Shown piece by piece: positions 22,790-36,344 of a stretch of 64,000 bases of DNA (the stretch's first letter is position 1; the number at the start of each line of letters is the position of its first letter). The position numbers and the translations under genes are program-made. Below the pieces are notes generated by a model, which had not been told where the DNA came from, made no database searches, and saw only the letters and a list, made by a program, of their open reading frames with translations. Source of the DNA: Klebsormidium nitens (lineage: Eukaryota; Plantae; Klebsormidiophyceae); NCBI GenBank assembly GCA_000708835.1, contig DF236963.1, positions 310,001-374,000 on the forward strand, in the 5' to 3' direction.

Positions 22790-25675
22790 TCATAAGCCCT
22801 CTTTGCAGTTGCTCAAGACGATTGTTAGTGCTAACCCCGAGTCGTCGACTTTTGTTGACCGACAGCACTGCCACCGATCATGGAGACCAAGTCCTTTAGA
22901 CAAACTACTCGCCGGGGAAGCTTCTCTGATCACTTTCACACGCAAAATGCGAGTTACGTTTGACGCACAGGTTTCATTCTGGTCCCCTAATTCGTTTCTA
23001 GAGTAGAGACTTTCCACCGGCTCGTTCTTTCCAGAGCGGACATCATCGATCCAAAGATCGAAGGGGAGGGCACACGACTTGTTGGCAGCCGGAATCTCAT
23101 CTCGAACGTTGAAAGCAAATTGAGTTCCCCACCCAAAAGGTCTAAAGGTCCGCTCGACCTTCTCCAGATCCCAACCGTTCCAGGCGCCATCCAGTATCCT
23201 CACGGAGTAGCCCCAAGACACTACGATCGTGAAAAGTCTACTTGCATCTATGCAGACTGCCGTCGTCAAAAAATATAGTGGGTCCGCAAGCATGCCACGT
23301 GTCAGCCGCTGAAGGGCCCCAATGTGGGTCAAGTTCGGGAAGACCGGATCCACGCCGAACACGTGGTGCAGAGAGAGGAGGGGCCCAACCGAATAAGCCT
23401 GGAGCAAACCCCTTACGTTGCCTAACACATCAAACTGATGCAAGCCTTTCAGGCGGGTCATCTGCAAGAAGGAGTCACAAAATACTCAGAAGAATGCATC
23501 TTTTGCTGGAGAAAGGTCTCAAATCCACCAGAAGGACGCCTGCCTCGCCAACCTGAGTTCCGGCATAAGAAAGACGAGCGCTACCTGCATATGGAATGCT
23601 ATCTGGGCCGCCAGATTGGGGTTAGCGTTGCGAGTATAAGGATAACTCATTTGCTATGTAGACATGCAACCTGACACTCCGGAAAGCACATATAGAACCA
23701 CGCCAAGAAGTGCAACATTCCCTGAAGTGAACCCCTTATATGACCTGTTCAGTGGGCGTCAATATTTGAGCCTCGACCTATTCGGGTCGATCCTTCCGCA
23801 AACCAGCCGCTTGCTTTTAGAAGCAATACGAGCTTTGAGCAGAGGCCGGGCAAATGCTTAGCAGCTTGGCGATCGATATCAACATCTAAGTTGGCCGTCA
23901 CTTAATTGAACTCGTGTAAAAGCCCCACCTGGACTCCAAGGTCTGCCGCACATCCACCAATACGGGCGTCGCTTCCATAAAGAAAAGCGTAACGTCTGAT
24001 ACAGTCGTCGATTGTTAACGAAAGAGCCCGCGCGAGTGGCCTGCTGACAATGAAGCCAGCCCCCCCAAATGGCATCTCGAATGAATTGTCGTTCATTTGC
24101 CTGACCATCTCAGAGCCCGCCCCAAATAGTAGCATCTGAGTATGGTCGTACCTGCAAAAACGGGGGGGGTCGAAACAAGCGTCAGAAAACTTTAAGGGCT
24201 GCTTTTTTCCAGAAACGCCTTACTGAAGGGTTTCGAGCCAGATTAGAGTGTCGAATTTCGAAAGATGAGAACCTGTGAAAGCTGTGATTCACTTTCGAGA
24301 GGACCCCTTCAAGTCACTTGCTCTATATGATTCCAAACAGTCCATTTTAGAGCCAAGCATGGCTGGTAATACGCGACGGCGTACGTTCAGATCGTCAAGC
24401 TTCAAACCGTAGAAAGAAGTACAGATCCGAAAATTACAACGCCTCAGACTGGTCAAATGAGCATGGCCGTACTAAGATAGCTGTGGGGTTATTACAAAGG
24501 TTCAGCAAGCTGTAATGTTAAGCAAAGCAGATGCTCTCAACAAGGAATCAAGAAGCTCACTTAGACAGTAGCTCCGCAAGCGCCTCCACGTTGAAGACCG
24601 TGTCGTCGTCCCCCATCACGAACCACCAGACCTCAGGCCGATCCAGTCTGTAGGCTTCCGCCACAATCCTTGTGAGCCTGAGAACAGCACGGGGCCCCAC
24701 ATGATAGTACGGAAGAGCGGAAGTATCCTCTGCTATCTTTGCCTCAGGAAGGCCCTCAGACCGCCAGTTGTACCCTTCGATGATGGGGCTATCCAGCCAG
24801 ACATATCCACGTGTCACATTTGGGATCCACCACGTTCGGACAAGTTCCTTGCGTATCAGGTAACCTTTGGAAGAAGAGCCAAGGTTGAAAAGCATGTGCT
24901 GAAGATCTGCAAGCAGACAATATGGGCGACGCTCAGTGACTGCTTCAGAACGGCGAACACAAGTAAATAGGGCAGGAACTCATTGACCTGTGACTAAAAT
25001 CTGCTGGATCAGAATTGCTGCATGGGCCAGCATGAGGGAGGTTGTACATGATGCTCAAGTTACCCGCCAAAGTCACTTACAGCGGTAAAGTCCAGGGGTT
25101 GCTTAAGCTGAACAATAACTTTGAGCTTGAGGAACCCAGACTCTCCACTACAGAGCTACCTGCCAGGACTCACCGGGCCCCTTACTTGTGTTGGAAATCT
25201 GCAGTGCTTGATCAAGACTTAATTCTTAGTTTCTTTCAGAACACAAATGTGTTGGCTTTCAAGTCAGGTCCTTACACCGTCTGACTCACCAATTGTCATG
25301 CCACTTGCTCCAGCAGGCCAATACCTTCACGCTTTTCTCCCCAATGATACTTTCCGAGCACATTGCAGCAAAAAGCAAGTCTGACAGAAACAAGGAATGT
25401 GACGTACATGCTCTTCTCTTCAAGCGCGGTCCTTCAGCTCCTACCAACTTATCATCCCCAGTGGCTGAAAATACCTTTCCCAGACTTGCCCCTAAGGATG
25501 TGTTCCAGCGCTCTGGCTCCAAGCCTACAGCCCGTAGGCTGCTGCTTGCAGCGGTGCTTATTAAAAGTCGCGTGCTTTCGTCGTTTTTCCAAACTAAAAT
25601 TGCACATGCAGCAGCTGCGAGCAAAAGGAGACAACACCCGACGCACCGTGCTGTTTGACCTTTTGAACAGTCCAT
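22790..25675 (-). CDS. DUF604 / fringe-related glycosyltransferase (type II membrane protein)
   Basis: N-terminal TM segment (CVGCCLLLLAAAACAILVW), LQHMLFNLGSS...RKELVRTWW, WWFVMGDDDTVFNVEAL..LLSK, GGAGF.VSRPLA..L...D.CIRRY..LYGSDARI..C.ADLGV, GLHQFDVLGN..GLL.A...PL.SLHH, FTIVVSWGYSV, QCCR. Core exons about 24906-24560, 24155-23920, 23480-22790; 5' exon boundaries not fully resolved. Confidence 0.88.
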
Positions 25676-26168
25676 GCCGCGTGATTGTGTCACATCATAA
25701 AAGCTCCTGGCTTGCTTAGCTTGCTGATTGTTGACGCCGCTTACCTCAAGCTACCATTACTAGCTACATATCGCCTGCGCCACTTTTCCACCTCTACTTC
25801 CATTGGCTTTAATTACAGGCACAGGATCAATAACTGAGAAAGTGGGGATTGTGGGTGTTCAATTTGCAAGAAAATAAATCAACGTCACAGGAGGCTCCTT
25901 GGAACAGGCGCCCCAACGTCGATCTGTTACTAATAAGCACTTCCAAGTTCCAACCTAGGACCTAGGACTAGATACACAGGGCGCCGCTTTTGCATGCAAT
26001 TCAACATTCCACACTGATCCAAATAGCTGATGAAAGAAAGCTGCTCAGAAATATGAATCCAACATTAGATGCGTCGGAAAATTTAGGGAGTACTGTCATC
26101 CAGCCCACGTGGAAATGACGTCACTCGTAGGTGATCGGACGGCCGTCGGCCGGCCTTGTAAAACCCCA

Positions 26169-26308
26169 GGTACCGTACCGCAGTGGCACTACCCTTTCAT
26201 ACCCGCTACAAAAAGTCGACTACCGGTACCTAGATCCTTTTTGCACCAAGCCAGAAATACCGGTAATGCATTGCGGGTGTCAAAGGGTCGTGCCAGTAGG
26301 TACCTACC
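26169..26308. repeat. Imperfect inverted repeat / hairpin (arms about 36-38 bp)
   Basis: Left arm GGTACCGTACCGCAGTGGCACTACCCTTTCATACCCGC (26169-26206) vs reverse complement of 26273-26308, GGTAGGTACCTACTGGCACGACCCTTTGACACCCGC. Confidence 0.7.
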
Positions 26309-28200
26309 GGTACCCGATTTTAACTGCGTAAGGTTGTACCCAGGCAAAGCAGAATGACTTCATGAGTAACTAGTTGTGGGAAAGCTACTGCCGGGCGAAG
26401 CGACACCGGGCGAAAAGTGCCCAGCATGAAAGTCTAAAATGATGCCTTGTCATGCCCGGCCGACGAGGCTCCGGTTAGGTTCCGCAAGATGCGGTTGGCG
26501 AAGACTCAGCGAGCGGGCCTGGTGTCCACCCGCGGCCGCGCTCGCGCGGGCCACCGATCGCCGTCGAGTGACCGTCCACTGATGTTCGGTACGGACGCTC
26601 ATGAGGGTACGCTCATGCCATTTATATCCTGGCCCGGATTTGCCAAACCCACTATTCAGCTAACCCAAGGTGTGCAATTTTTGCGGCTTCAAGTTTTTCT
26701 AAAGGCTTTTGCAAGGCACCAAAAAAATCCACTTCCCCTCTGGATAGAGCATACCTAAGACAGTCCAGAGATCCAGACGAGGCCTTGCATGTGTCAAACG
26801 TGTGTCACACAATGCAGGAAGAAGAAGGAGATAGAACTCCGCTCATGAGGGTACGTCCCGTCACTAGTGACCACTTCGAACTTGAACGCGTGCACACCCG
26901 CGGGAATCGCGCATAAAACGTGGGAATGTTCAGCGATTGTAAGTACCGTGGCGTCCTATTGTGAATTCCATGCATGCACAACCGATTCAATAACAAGTTC
27001 ACCCTCAACGGACCACCGTCCAATAAGGGACCCGCCAATTCATGATCCACGCAACTATTGCCGAGTCTGCAGCAAGGAATCATCAAATACGTACAATAAC
27101 TCATTGATCTCAAACGTTCGAGTGCCAAAGCTCTGGCCCACGCAGGATGGCCGTCTTATATACATTCGATTAGATTTTTAAGTCACATAGATGTCGAATG
27201 CACGGATGACCAACTTATCACACCCGTACCCCATGGCGCCATCCAGATGCTCAATGACACATATCGGGGTCACTAGCTCTTTGACAAGAAAGGACGTCCG
27301 TTTCTCCAACCGATTGCACGGGATCTATAGCTGTATGACCAGAACTAGTGCCTCCACGACTACACCGAGTTTATGTCGACCACGGAGTCACCTACAGTGC
27401 CTGATCGGTACCATGTGCAAATGAGGACAAAGGCCCATGCATGTCCTGGTCGTGTTGAATTCAACGTCGCAATCTTGCACCATGACCTTTCTTCTAAACA
27501 ATTTATGTTATTGGAAATGAGGAATACAGACAAGTGCTTCAATCCGTGTAATCAAGCATCAATCGCTTGAATCCATTGTTGGAAGGGCCCAAATGTATCT
27601 GTCTCAACGTGTATTGACAGCTCCCACTACGAGTAGCGACCCTTGCTAAGTTGCCCAACCCACTTCAGGCTGTTATAGGCAAGCTGCATTGACCACACCC
27701 GACCAAAATGTACAACCTCAACCTTCGACAATTGTCTAGTCAAACCATTGAAAACAGCTCTCTAAGCAGTGTCAATTTAGTCTTTGTACAGACCCCTCTA
27801 AGAAGAAAAGGCTCTCGTCTGTTTGCAATGGGCGTGACTTATCGAGCGGAAAAGGGGCGTGCGTTTCAATCCTGAAGTCCTGCCAGCCAAACGCCCCTTA
27901 CACTACCTAAAGCGTTGCAAGCGGATGCGTGCATTCTGTCCATGTCCCGACCAGAAGGCTTGCTTGCCCAGGGTCCGGCTATCAATTGTGCGAGCTCAAC
28001 ACCACAAACTACGAGAAGCACCAGCCCAAAAGCCGGGATGTTTCTGCGCACTTAGTCATCCATTTGACTATCCATCTTGTTCCTTGCACCTTTTAAAAGA
28101 GCCTGGACCAGTCACACCTCTAGATTGCATCCGCTTGTTCTCCAATTAGCCTCCAAACATATTCATGCCGCTGTAGCAGCACAACAACAAAGCTTCCTGC

Positions 28201-31200
28201 CTAACCCGACGACGGAAAAGCACTGAACAGCGTCGCCCACGCCATCTCGTCCCCCGGCAGCAACTCATCATCCCCCTCGTCTTCGCCCGGTAACAGCCAC
28301 AAGGGCTCCAGCGGGTCCGCCGGCCTCGGCGCTGTGCCCGGTAACCCAGGACCGACCGCGGAAGCGCTCCACGGCATCTCGGATTTGCTGCCCAGAAACG
28401 GCGACCGCGCTCCGCCTCCTGCGGCCGCACTTGTGACGAGGCCAGTCCAGCTGCGGCTGACCCTGGTCTTCTTTACCGGCTTGGCGTGTGCGTCGGGGTA
28501 CATCCAGGCGGCGATGTCGTCGGGGGTAAGGCCGGGGAAATCGTGAGGCGACAAGTCAAGGCCGACGTCCGAGCCGTCGTCGCCCAGTTCGGAGCCCAGG
28601 TGCTCCCAACCTGAAAACATTTACGAGTTCAGGACTCGGCAGTCAAACCCGATGTATCGCTCTGAAAACCGGGGGTTTGCATAAGCCGGAATCTGTACCT
28701 TGTGAAGTTAAGAAGCAGACCAAAAGAAGACGTCTGAAACACCGATCAAGCACCTTGCGATCCCCCTCGCTCATCACGGTCACCTGAGAAGGGCCTGCGG
28801 TGGGCGCTCCGCTTTTTCCCTCACTGCTGGCTTACAGAACTTGCCCGGCTGGGTTTGGTCCGAAACCTATCCCACAGCTTGTTCCGAGATGCGGTCAAGC
28901 CATCAGAACAAGGTTTAACTCTCCGATATTTTTAACGCTGACTCGCTCAAACAAAACGCTGGGTGCAACCAGACAATCACTCAGGTTGGTAGTAACGAAG
29001 TCACGCTCGTCCCCTCAGGGACACCGGCTTGGTTTCGCAAAACAATGCGTCGAAGTCGACGACGATCGAAGATGAGAGCTGCCTTGCCGAGGCGTCTCCA
29101 GGAGGAAAGACAACGCGCTGGCCTGAGTTTCAAAAGCAGGAGATGCAACAATAATGGTACCTGAGATGGACACGTCATCGTCCAAGGGGGATCCCCCGAA
29201 CCTGTCCGCCTTGCGCCAGCTGTTGCTTGAAGCGGTGGTGGAGGCCGGCGACTCCCCGGGGGAGCGGTTCCGCATGGGCACGTTGGGCTCGTACTGCTGC
29301 ATCCTGCGAGAAGCACGAGAATGGAAGTCAGCACCGTGCCGTCGACTACTTGGAAAGCTACTCGAGGTCTCTTGGGAGCAAGATAGTAGGAACTTGAATG
29401 TTAATGATTGTCAGCGCAAGATTTTCTGACCAATTAAGACAAGGTTGAAACGCCGTGTGCGAAGTCATTTTCTGCGAGAATGCGGCCACCCGTTTCACCC
29501 GTCTTCGAGATCAATTGAGCAGTTTGCTCGATCACAAACGGAGCGGTGATCCATCCTTTGAATGGATCTGCGGTAAGATGCATTGTCGGCGATCGATGCT
29601 TTAAAACGAAATGCAAAACAAATTTTTCTCTGAGCCTACTTTCATTGCACAGCGACTAGGCTCTTGTTCGAAATACGTCGCACATGCCGACCAGACAGAG
29701 TCATCAAGACCAGGCTGCAAGAGTCGCTCACTTGTACTTCTCGCACCGAACTGCTCCAGGCAGCTCCTGCAGCAGCCGTGCCACCGTCGGGTTTGCAAAC
29801 CCGAAATACTCGGGGCCTGCGGCAATGGGTGGCGCACTTTTAGTAACGCGTGACTCGATTTCGCATGTTAAGGTTTCCAGTCAACAGGCTTCTGTTGCTT
29901 GCAACGCAGACTGTGAGCGAATTATATCAGAGGATCCGTTTCAAAGCCATGCAAAGAAGTCGAAGCGCCGAGGTAGATGTCAGAAGAAAAGTGTTCCGTG
30001 CGAGGGTGCTGCGTCAGTTAGAACAACCGGAGACCGACGCTATTCGAGCAATTTTCTGATTGATGATCCAAGTACGGGCTCTGCAACGTCGATTTATCCA
30101 GTCTGCCTGCAACGAAAGGCTCTGCTCTGCGGTTGGCACAACCTGGAGCAGTCCAGCCATTGGCGAACCTACCAGAAACGTTTGCGAACGTCTTCTTGCC
30201 CCCCTCGTCCATGCGGGTCATAGTGACCTGCTTCACCACGGACGTCCAGACAGCGGTAGCGGACACGCCCACGATCGGCTCGTCCGGGTCGTCCTCTGCA
30301 GTATAGACCGAATTTCATCAGCAGACTCTCCGCAGCCAAAGCAACACGCGCTTTTGAAGACGCACCTCGAGATCGATGGGGGACGGAGCAGACTGCGGAA
30401 GCGATTCACAACAACCTTTGCCGTTCTGACAAACAGCGAAAACAAACTCACAGAACGCAGAAACGCCGAGCTCACTTTATGGCACGGCGTCTGTGGTCGT
30501 GGGGAGTGGCCGAGTTTGAGACGTCTTTCAAGGCGCAATATCCTGATCTTGCAAAGACACAAGGCTCTGCCTCCTGGCTGTAGATGCATCTTCTCGGCCT
30601 CAGCTTTCCTTGAATGAAATGGTTGAGTTGATGGTAACAGCATACCAGCCGTTAGGCGGAACTCAGGAGCGGCGCCTCCGTCTAGGATCTCGCAACAGTA
30701 CTGGATGCGCTTGTCCGGCTGCTTCATGCTGGCGTATGAGCGCATGCTCTTGAAACCTACGGGCCTGCGGGAGGGACAAAGACTTGATTCATTTTCGAAC
30801 TCCTTGTGAGCAGATTGGAATATGAGGGGTCAGTGCGTGCTGTATGTACCACCAAGCAGACGGCTTGTACGCACAAGCTGTCTCTCGAAGGGGGGGAGGA
30901 TCTGGGACAAATGCAAGAAGGAAATGGACGAAAGCCTTCAAGGTGACGTAAGGATACCGACAGGAATTCCGAAAGTGAGCCTCGATCAGTACTAAAGAGA
31001 ACCAAGAATCGTCAAGCATTACAATCAAGCGGCTTCATTGCTCTGTCCCGAATGGCGCAGCGACGATGGTACCACAAACGTTCACAATACGTACGAACTC
31101 AACACCCTTTCGCATACACGTGGTAAGGAACAAGAGTTGAAGCAATCGAGTCGAGAGGGCCTGCAGAAATCTCCGCTTCGACATTATTGGAACCAAACAG

Positions 31201-34200
31201 GAGGACCTTTGCTCGAATGTTTCAGCGCCACAACGACCGCAAAAGAAAGTGAACGCAGACTCGAGCATCTCACCACAAATACTTGTCGCTGTGGAAGGTC
31301 TGTCTGTCCGCCACGATCCTCCCCAGGCTAAACACCGTGAGACTGGGTCCCACTTTGACGGGCAAGATGGGGCGACCTCCCTGATCCCTAGGCACCTCCT
31401 CGCACCGCCTCCGCTTGTTGATGTGAGAGTGGCTCTTGCGTCGGTCGAGTGATCTGGCAGGCGAGGGGGGCGGACAGCAGTGCCGGACTGCATCAGTAAA
31501 AAGGAGCTTGTCTTAGCAAGCATTTAAGCGCATGCACGTGCCAGCAGTGACCCTAAGCGGGGGAAGCAGGAACTGGATACTTGGAATACCATAACAGGCG
31601 TAAGCAGGGCGGAAAACGAGTACACCAAGCCGTTTGGCCTGCCTTCCCTTGCTGGCGCAGCGCTCTACAGCAACAGCCGCTGCTCGCGTGGACTCCCCAC
31701 TTCCACTAGGACCACTGATCGCGCAACATACACTCGTCATCTCACTAGATGCTTCGTTAACCCTTATGACTTCAACGTCCCTGTCCGTTGACCAGTAGAC
31801 TGGTGCTTTCAACCTTCGGATGAAATCTTTGAACAAGTTTGGATGAGATCCTGAATAAGTTTGGTTGACTTAGTCGTGGATGGGTACAGTCGAAAACCAG
31901 TCCTGGCAACCGCGACTCACACTGCTCCGGCATCTGGCGGAAGTCGATGGCCTGCGCCAGCTGGCGGTGCGCATCGGAGCTGTTCTTGAAGAGGCGCGAC
32001 ATCTCCCAGAGCTCCTTCCAGAGCGAGCGGTACACCTCCTGTCGTGCCTTCGGCGACTCTGCCAGCCTGCACAGAGAAACCTCCGACACTGTCAGGACAG
32101 GCCTATGATATCCCCTTCAGTGAACAAGTTGCCTACGATTGGAGTGAAGGCCTGGTCAGATGCAACCACACTTTGACGCTAGATCCTGGACGCTAGACTT
32201 TGACGTGCATACGCCCCACTTCGAGCCTCCACGAAGCACTGGGTTACCAGTAGAGTCTTCGTACAAGCTTCGCTTCTGCGACTTTGAAACCAGGGAGTCT
32301 CTGCGTGAGTCCGATCATAACCATTTGCAATCTATAGAAGACACACGCTGCGGGAAAGAAGAAACGTCAAAGTGACCGACTTTCAGCTAGCTCCTCAGCC
32401 ATCAAGGACGAGATGAGCCAAAAGGCACTCAGAAGGGTACCAATAACTCTCACAACGTACACAATAGAAAAGGAACGGATGATCAGAGCTCCAAACAACA
32501 CATGCTTCCACCTAGCCTCAAGAAAGTATCCTGCAAAGCTTATGGAGCAAAGGGCCTGACCTTGGCAGCAGCTTGTGGTCGTTTGCCTGCGTGCACTCCC
32601 ACAGCTTGCGAATGCACTTCTCCGCCCGGCACGCCTTGTCCCTGTCCAGGTCGTCCCCAAGGAACGCCCGGGTAATCGGCCTAAGAAGCGCTGCCAGCTC
32701 AGCGCTCTGCTGCAGGGGGGACCCCAGGATTGATTGCGCCTCGGTAGCCATGGACGATGGGTTAGGGATAACCAGGGGTTTGGGGAGGAAAGCCCGAGTA
32801 AACTCGGTGGGCTTGGGGGTTTTGAAGCTGTCCATTCGAGGGAGAGCTGGGGAACTTCGGTCAGGGACTGACACACTCAGGTGGTGGTACAGCTGGGAGG
32901 GGCTGGGTGAAGGGGAGGGAACGTCACGCACTCGCTTCCGGCTCGTTTCGCTGTCCTGACGGGCCAAGGAACCGGGCACGGGGGTCGGTGCAACGACATT
33001 GGCACTGCAGGATGAAACGAAGGGGTTTGGAGGAGTGATTCGACCTGTGGCTGCAAGTGTCAAAGTGCTGCATAGTATATCCTCGAAGTCGGAATGTTGC
33101 ATCTGATCCTTTTGTAACAAGTCAACACATGTTCCCCTTGCAGAGACTGGCCTTGCACGAATCAAACAAACACTGTTGCATTGTCGTCAGTATCCTTTTG
33201 AAGAGAGAATCTGTACAAGCAGAAGATGACACGGAAAATGCCGAAGTCTGCTTGAAAAGAAAAGAAGTTCGTAACCATGTATGGCACTCGACTTACCGAG
33301 CTCTTTTCTCCCGGGGCGTGCATTCCGCCACCTCCTCCCCCCAGCCAAGCCAGGCGGCCCCCTGCAGTTGGTGCAACCAAAGCCGCCCCTCCTGCCAGGT
33401 GAGCATGTGAGTAGCACAGGGGAGGGGCTTCTTCAGACCCCCAGCTACGCGCCTGACCGGCAGCTTCAGCAGGGGGTTGGATAGCACAGCCAAGCCGCCC
33501 CCCACGAGATGGCTGACCAGGTTTCTGGTTGGCATTGCCAAGGGGCGCTCTGGCACGGCAGCGTGAGACACAGCGCAGGGAAGGATGGGGACAAGGCTGC
33601 TGGCGTTGCCCCCGGACTTGGATGCAAGGGTGAGCTGGATTAGGCGCGTCTTCTTTTCTTCAACATCACTGTCTGCAGAGGGAAAGGAAACATGATCAGT
33701 TAGGCAACAAGGGTTGTCCTCTTTTCGACAATGTCACCGTTTAGATTAGGAGCTTGCTGTTGATTGAGTAGCAGAATTGGCAAGGAGATGTATGTCCACC
33801 AATCCAGTAGGAGGAAGCTCAGTTTACTTGGGAAAGGGGCTGGGGCGTTCTGTTCTTGAAGCCCTTTATTTTTGAGAAACTTGACGAGCAGAAAGTTGGA
33901 GACTGGCAAAAAGCGAGCAGGAACTGTGACCAAGACTGAAGATACAAGAGCAATGAGCACGATGTGCAGACTGAAAAGGTTTCTCAGACGCTTTTGCCCT
34001 GATCTCAGAGTTTCATGTCAAATCTGCATTCATGTGAAACAAGGAAAAGACACTGCACAGAAGTGTTGGTCTATGGCAGCTTACCAGTAGAAGAGCCCGA
34101 ACCGCTGGGGGTGCGATGCCTTTCCCCCAGCGTAGGTGACAAATCATTGTCACGTCTGACAATAATGCTGATACTGGCACTCGCCTCCCTTTCCTGCATT

Positions 34201-36344
34201 CAAAAGTCTTACTACTCTTTCGCCCTGGACACCAGGATATATTGTAGTAGAGATACTCCTAGCAACAGCTCTTGTGCCATGGGGAGAAAGCTGAACGAAA
34301 TGAAGCACAGAATGACAGGAGGACCGCACGATGTGACAGAGGATAGGCAATCTCAGCAGAACATGTCAATAGTACGTCCCTGGAAGCGCAAGCTCGCAAC
34401 TACTTGATGAGCAGCTCGTCATACCCAGCAGTCAATCCTAGATACTTCAGAATGGGGCACCTCACCTGGTTGAGCGGGCTAATCACAATGGTGCACAGGT
34501 CGAGGTGCAGGTGCGCCATACTCCTGAGGCAGGGCGCAACAAGTGCCGCCGTCAAGGTAATCTTCTTAATGCCAATTGGCCCCGCAGCTGAAGCAGCCAT
34601 CTCCACCTTGCCAAATGCGCTCCCGTCTTGCAACGCTGCCTCATCCTCTGCGCTATTCTCGGGGTCCCCCATCAAGCGTGGGGCCTGCTTGCTTCCCTCG
34701 CCAGGGAGAATACTGAGCACATTAACTTCGCAGCTGGCTAAGCTTGAGTGCGGGTCTACCGTTCTGCCCGCTTCAAGCAGCAGCTTGCTGATCAAGTCAG
34801 GAGAAAGCGAGCCCTGGTCTGCCTGTATGAGGATAATCTGGCCGCTAACAGGCTCTGCTTCCCCCACAGACGAAGCGCCAGAGCTTGTATAGGCCACGTT
34901 GCAAAGGCTCGCCCCCAACTGCGCAGGAGCTGACGCCGTGCGTTGCTCAACCAACTTGCTGCTTGACTCAACCGGCCTCCCATACCGTGACTCCAAGCAG
35001 TCTTCTTGCAAACCACACCCTTCTAAGGCCCTGTTCAGCTGGGAACTACCTTGGCTACCCTGAGATGCTCGGCTGTTCCTAGATGTGCTCCTCTCAAGCC
35101 CCTTTTTCTCGGTGCCTGCGCTCATCTCTCGCTCGCTGCCCTGCTCAGAGCCACTGGAATGCTGCGGCTCCAGCAGCGCGAGCAATGCTTCTTCTAAGGA
35201 GCCTTTGATGTCTGCTGAGGCTGGAACAGTCTGCTGAGGGGAGCTAGCAAGGCCGTCCACAACCTGCAAGAAATAAGTGCCAGTGTTGGACCGTTTGCCT
35301 TTCCCAAATTTGCTAAGTTCTGTTGAATGCTTTCCCAGATTCTCAGTCTTCTCAAGCCGAGAGAAAAGGTAACTTATAGCATACAATACGCATCCTGAAA
35401 TGCAAGCATATACGACCAGGCTGTCATACAAGGGACAGATACTGATGGAGGTTGCAAATTGACATTCTTCTGGTCAGAAAGACCCGCAGCCATTGAGACC
35501 TTTGGCTGCTTTGCTGGCCCTTTTGACCGGATGCTGGATGAACATTGATTATCCTGCTGAGTGCTTGCATCAGGTTCTTGTCTTGGGGACTCAGGCTGGC
35601 ATAAATCCTAGGGAGGAATCTTGACAGTCACGATGAATTGATATACTTACTGCTTGCAATGACTGGTCCCCAGACCTCCAGCTTGTAATCCTCTCTGGCA
35701 ACTCTCCAGCTCTGAAAACGCAAAGCTGCAGCATGGAAGCATCAGAGGTAAGAATCAGAATAGCTGCCAGTATGTTGCATCAACTTTAACTCTATTACTC
35801 ATGAAACAAGGAACAGGACAGAGCTCTAAGCCTCTCAATAGCCTTATAGAATTTGCCTAACGCTGAGTGAGAGATCCAGCTTGTTGATCCAGGCAGGACT
35901 TAGCCCAAACAAAGAAGATGACTGCCCCTTCCAACTCGAAATTTTGATAGTAAGAAGCTTTCCCTTACATTATGCTTCTCAGATTTCAATGAGAAGAAGA
36001 TCCGGACATAGTCCAGCATGGCGGCATTGCATTCGGTGAGGATGGTCTTCTGGAGCGCAAATCCAAGGGTACCTGGAAGAATGGAGTTTTAGTCCCATGC
36101 CCCTTGAACCCCATTGAGCAATCTTCCAACACCAGCATCATTCAAGAATGTACTTGATCAGCAGAATTACAGCACTGTGAGGCGTACCTGGGTCACTTCT
36201 GCAATCAAAGATCTATCAAGGCAAGGCTCAACGAGCCAGGTTCTCTCATTGATACTCACTTGTGGAGCATGATGTTCCCGCTTCCTCACGCATCTTCAGC
36301 CCATTATCAAGAATGACCACAGTCCGCTTGGTAAAACTATCCAT
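28201..36344 (-). CDS. INTS13: INTS13/Asunder (Mat89Bb-family) protein fused to a C-terminal FYRN-FYRC (TBRG1-like) module
   Basis: Start MDSFTKRTVVILDNG (36344), then QKTILTECNAAMLDYVRIF, GQIILIQ...CEVNVLSILP, AHLHLDLCTIVI..LNQ|EREASASISIIV, NLVSHLVGG...THMLTWQEGRLWLHQL, SDFEDIL, and RQEVYRSLWKELW...SSDAHRQL are collinear with recalled INTS13 motifs. Exons 32066-31921, 31487-31274, 30764-30646, 30295-30173, 29816-29732, 29303-29161 and 28610-28201 join in frame and give LPVKVGPSLTVFSLGRIVADRQTFHSDKYLWPVGFKSMRSYAS...YCCEILDGG.APEF...EDDP...SATAVW...SGPEYFGFANP.V.RLLQELPGA (FYRN/FYRC). A few junctions between 33100 and 35900 are unresolved. Confidence 0.78.
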
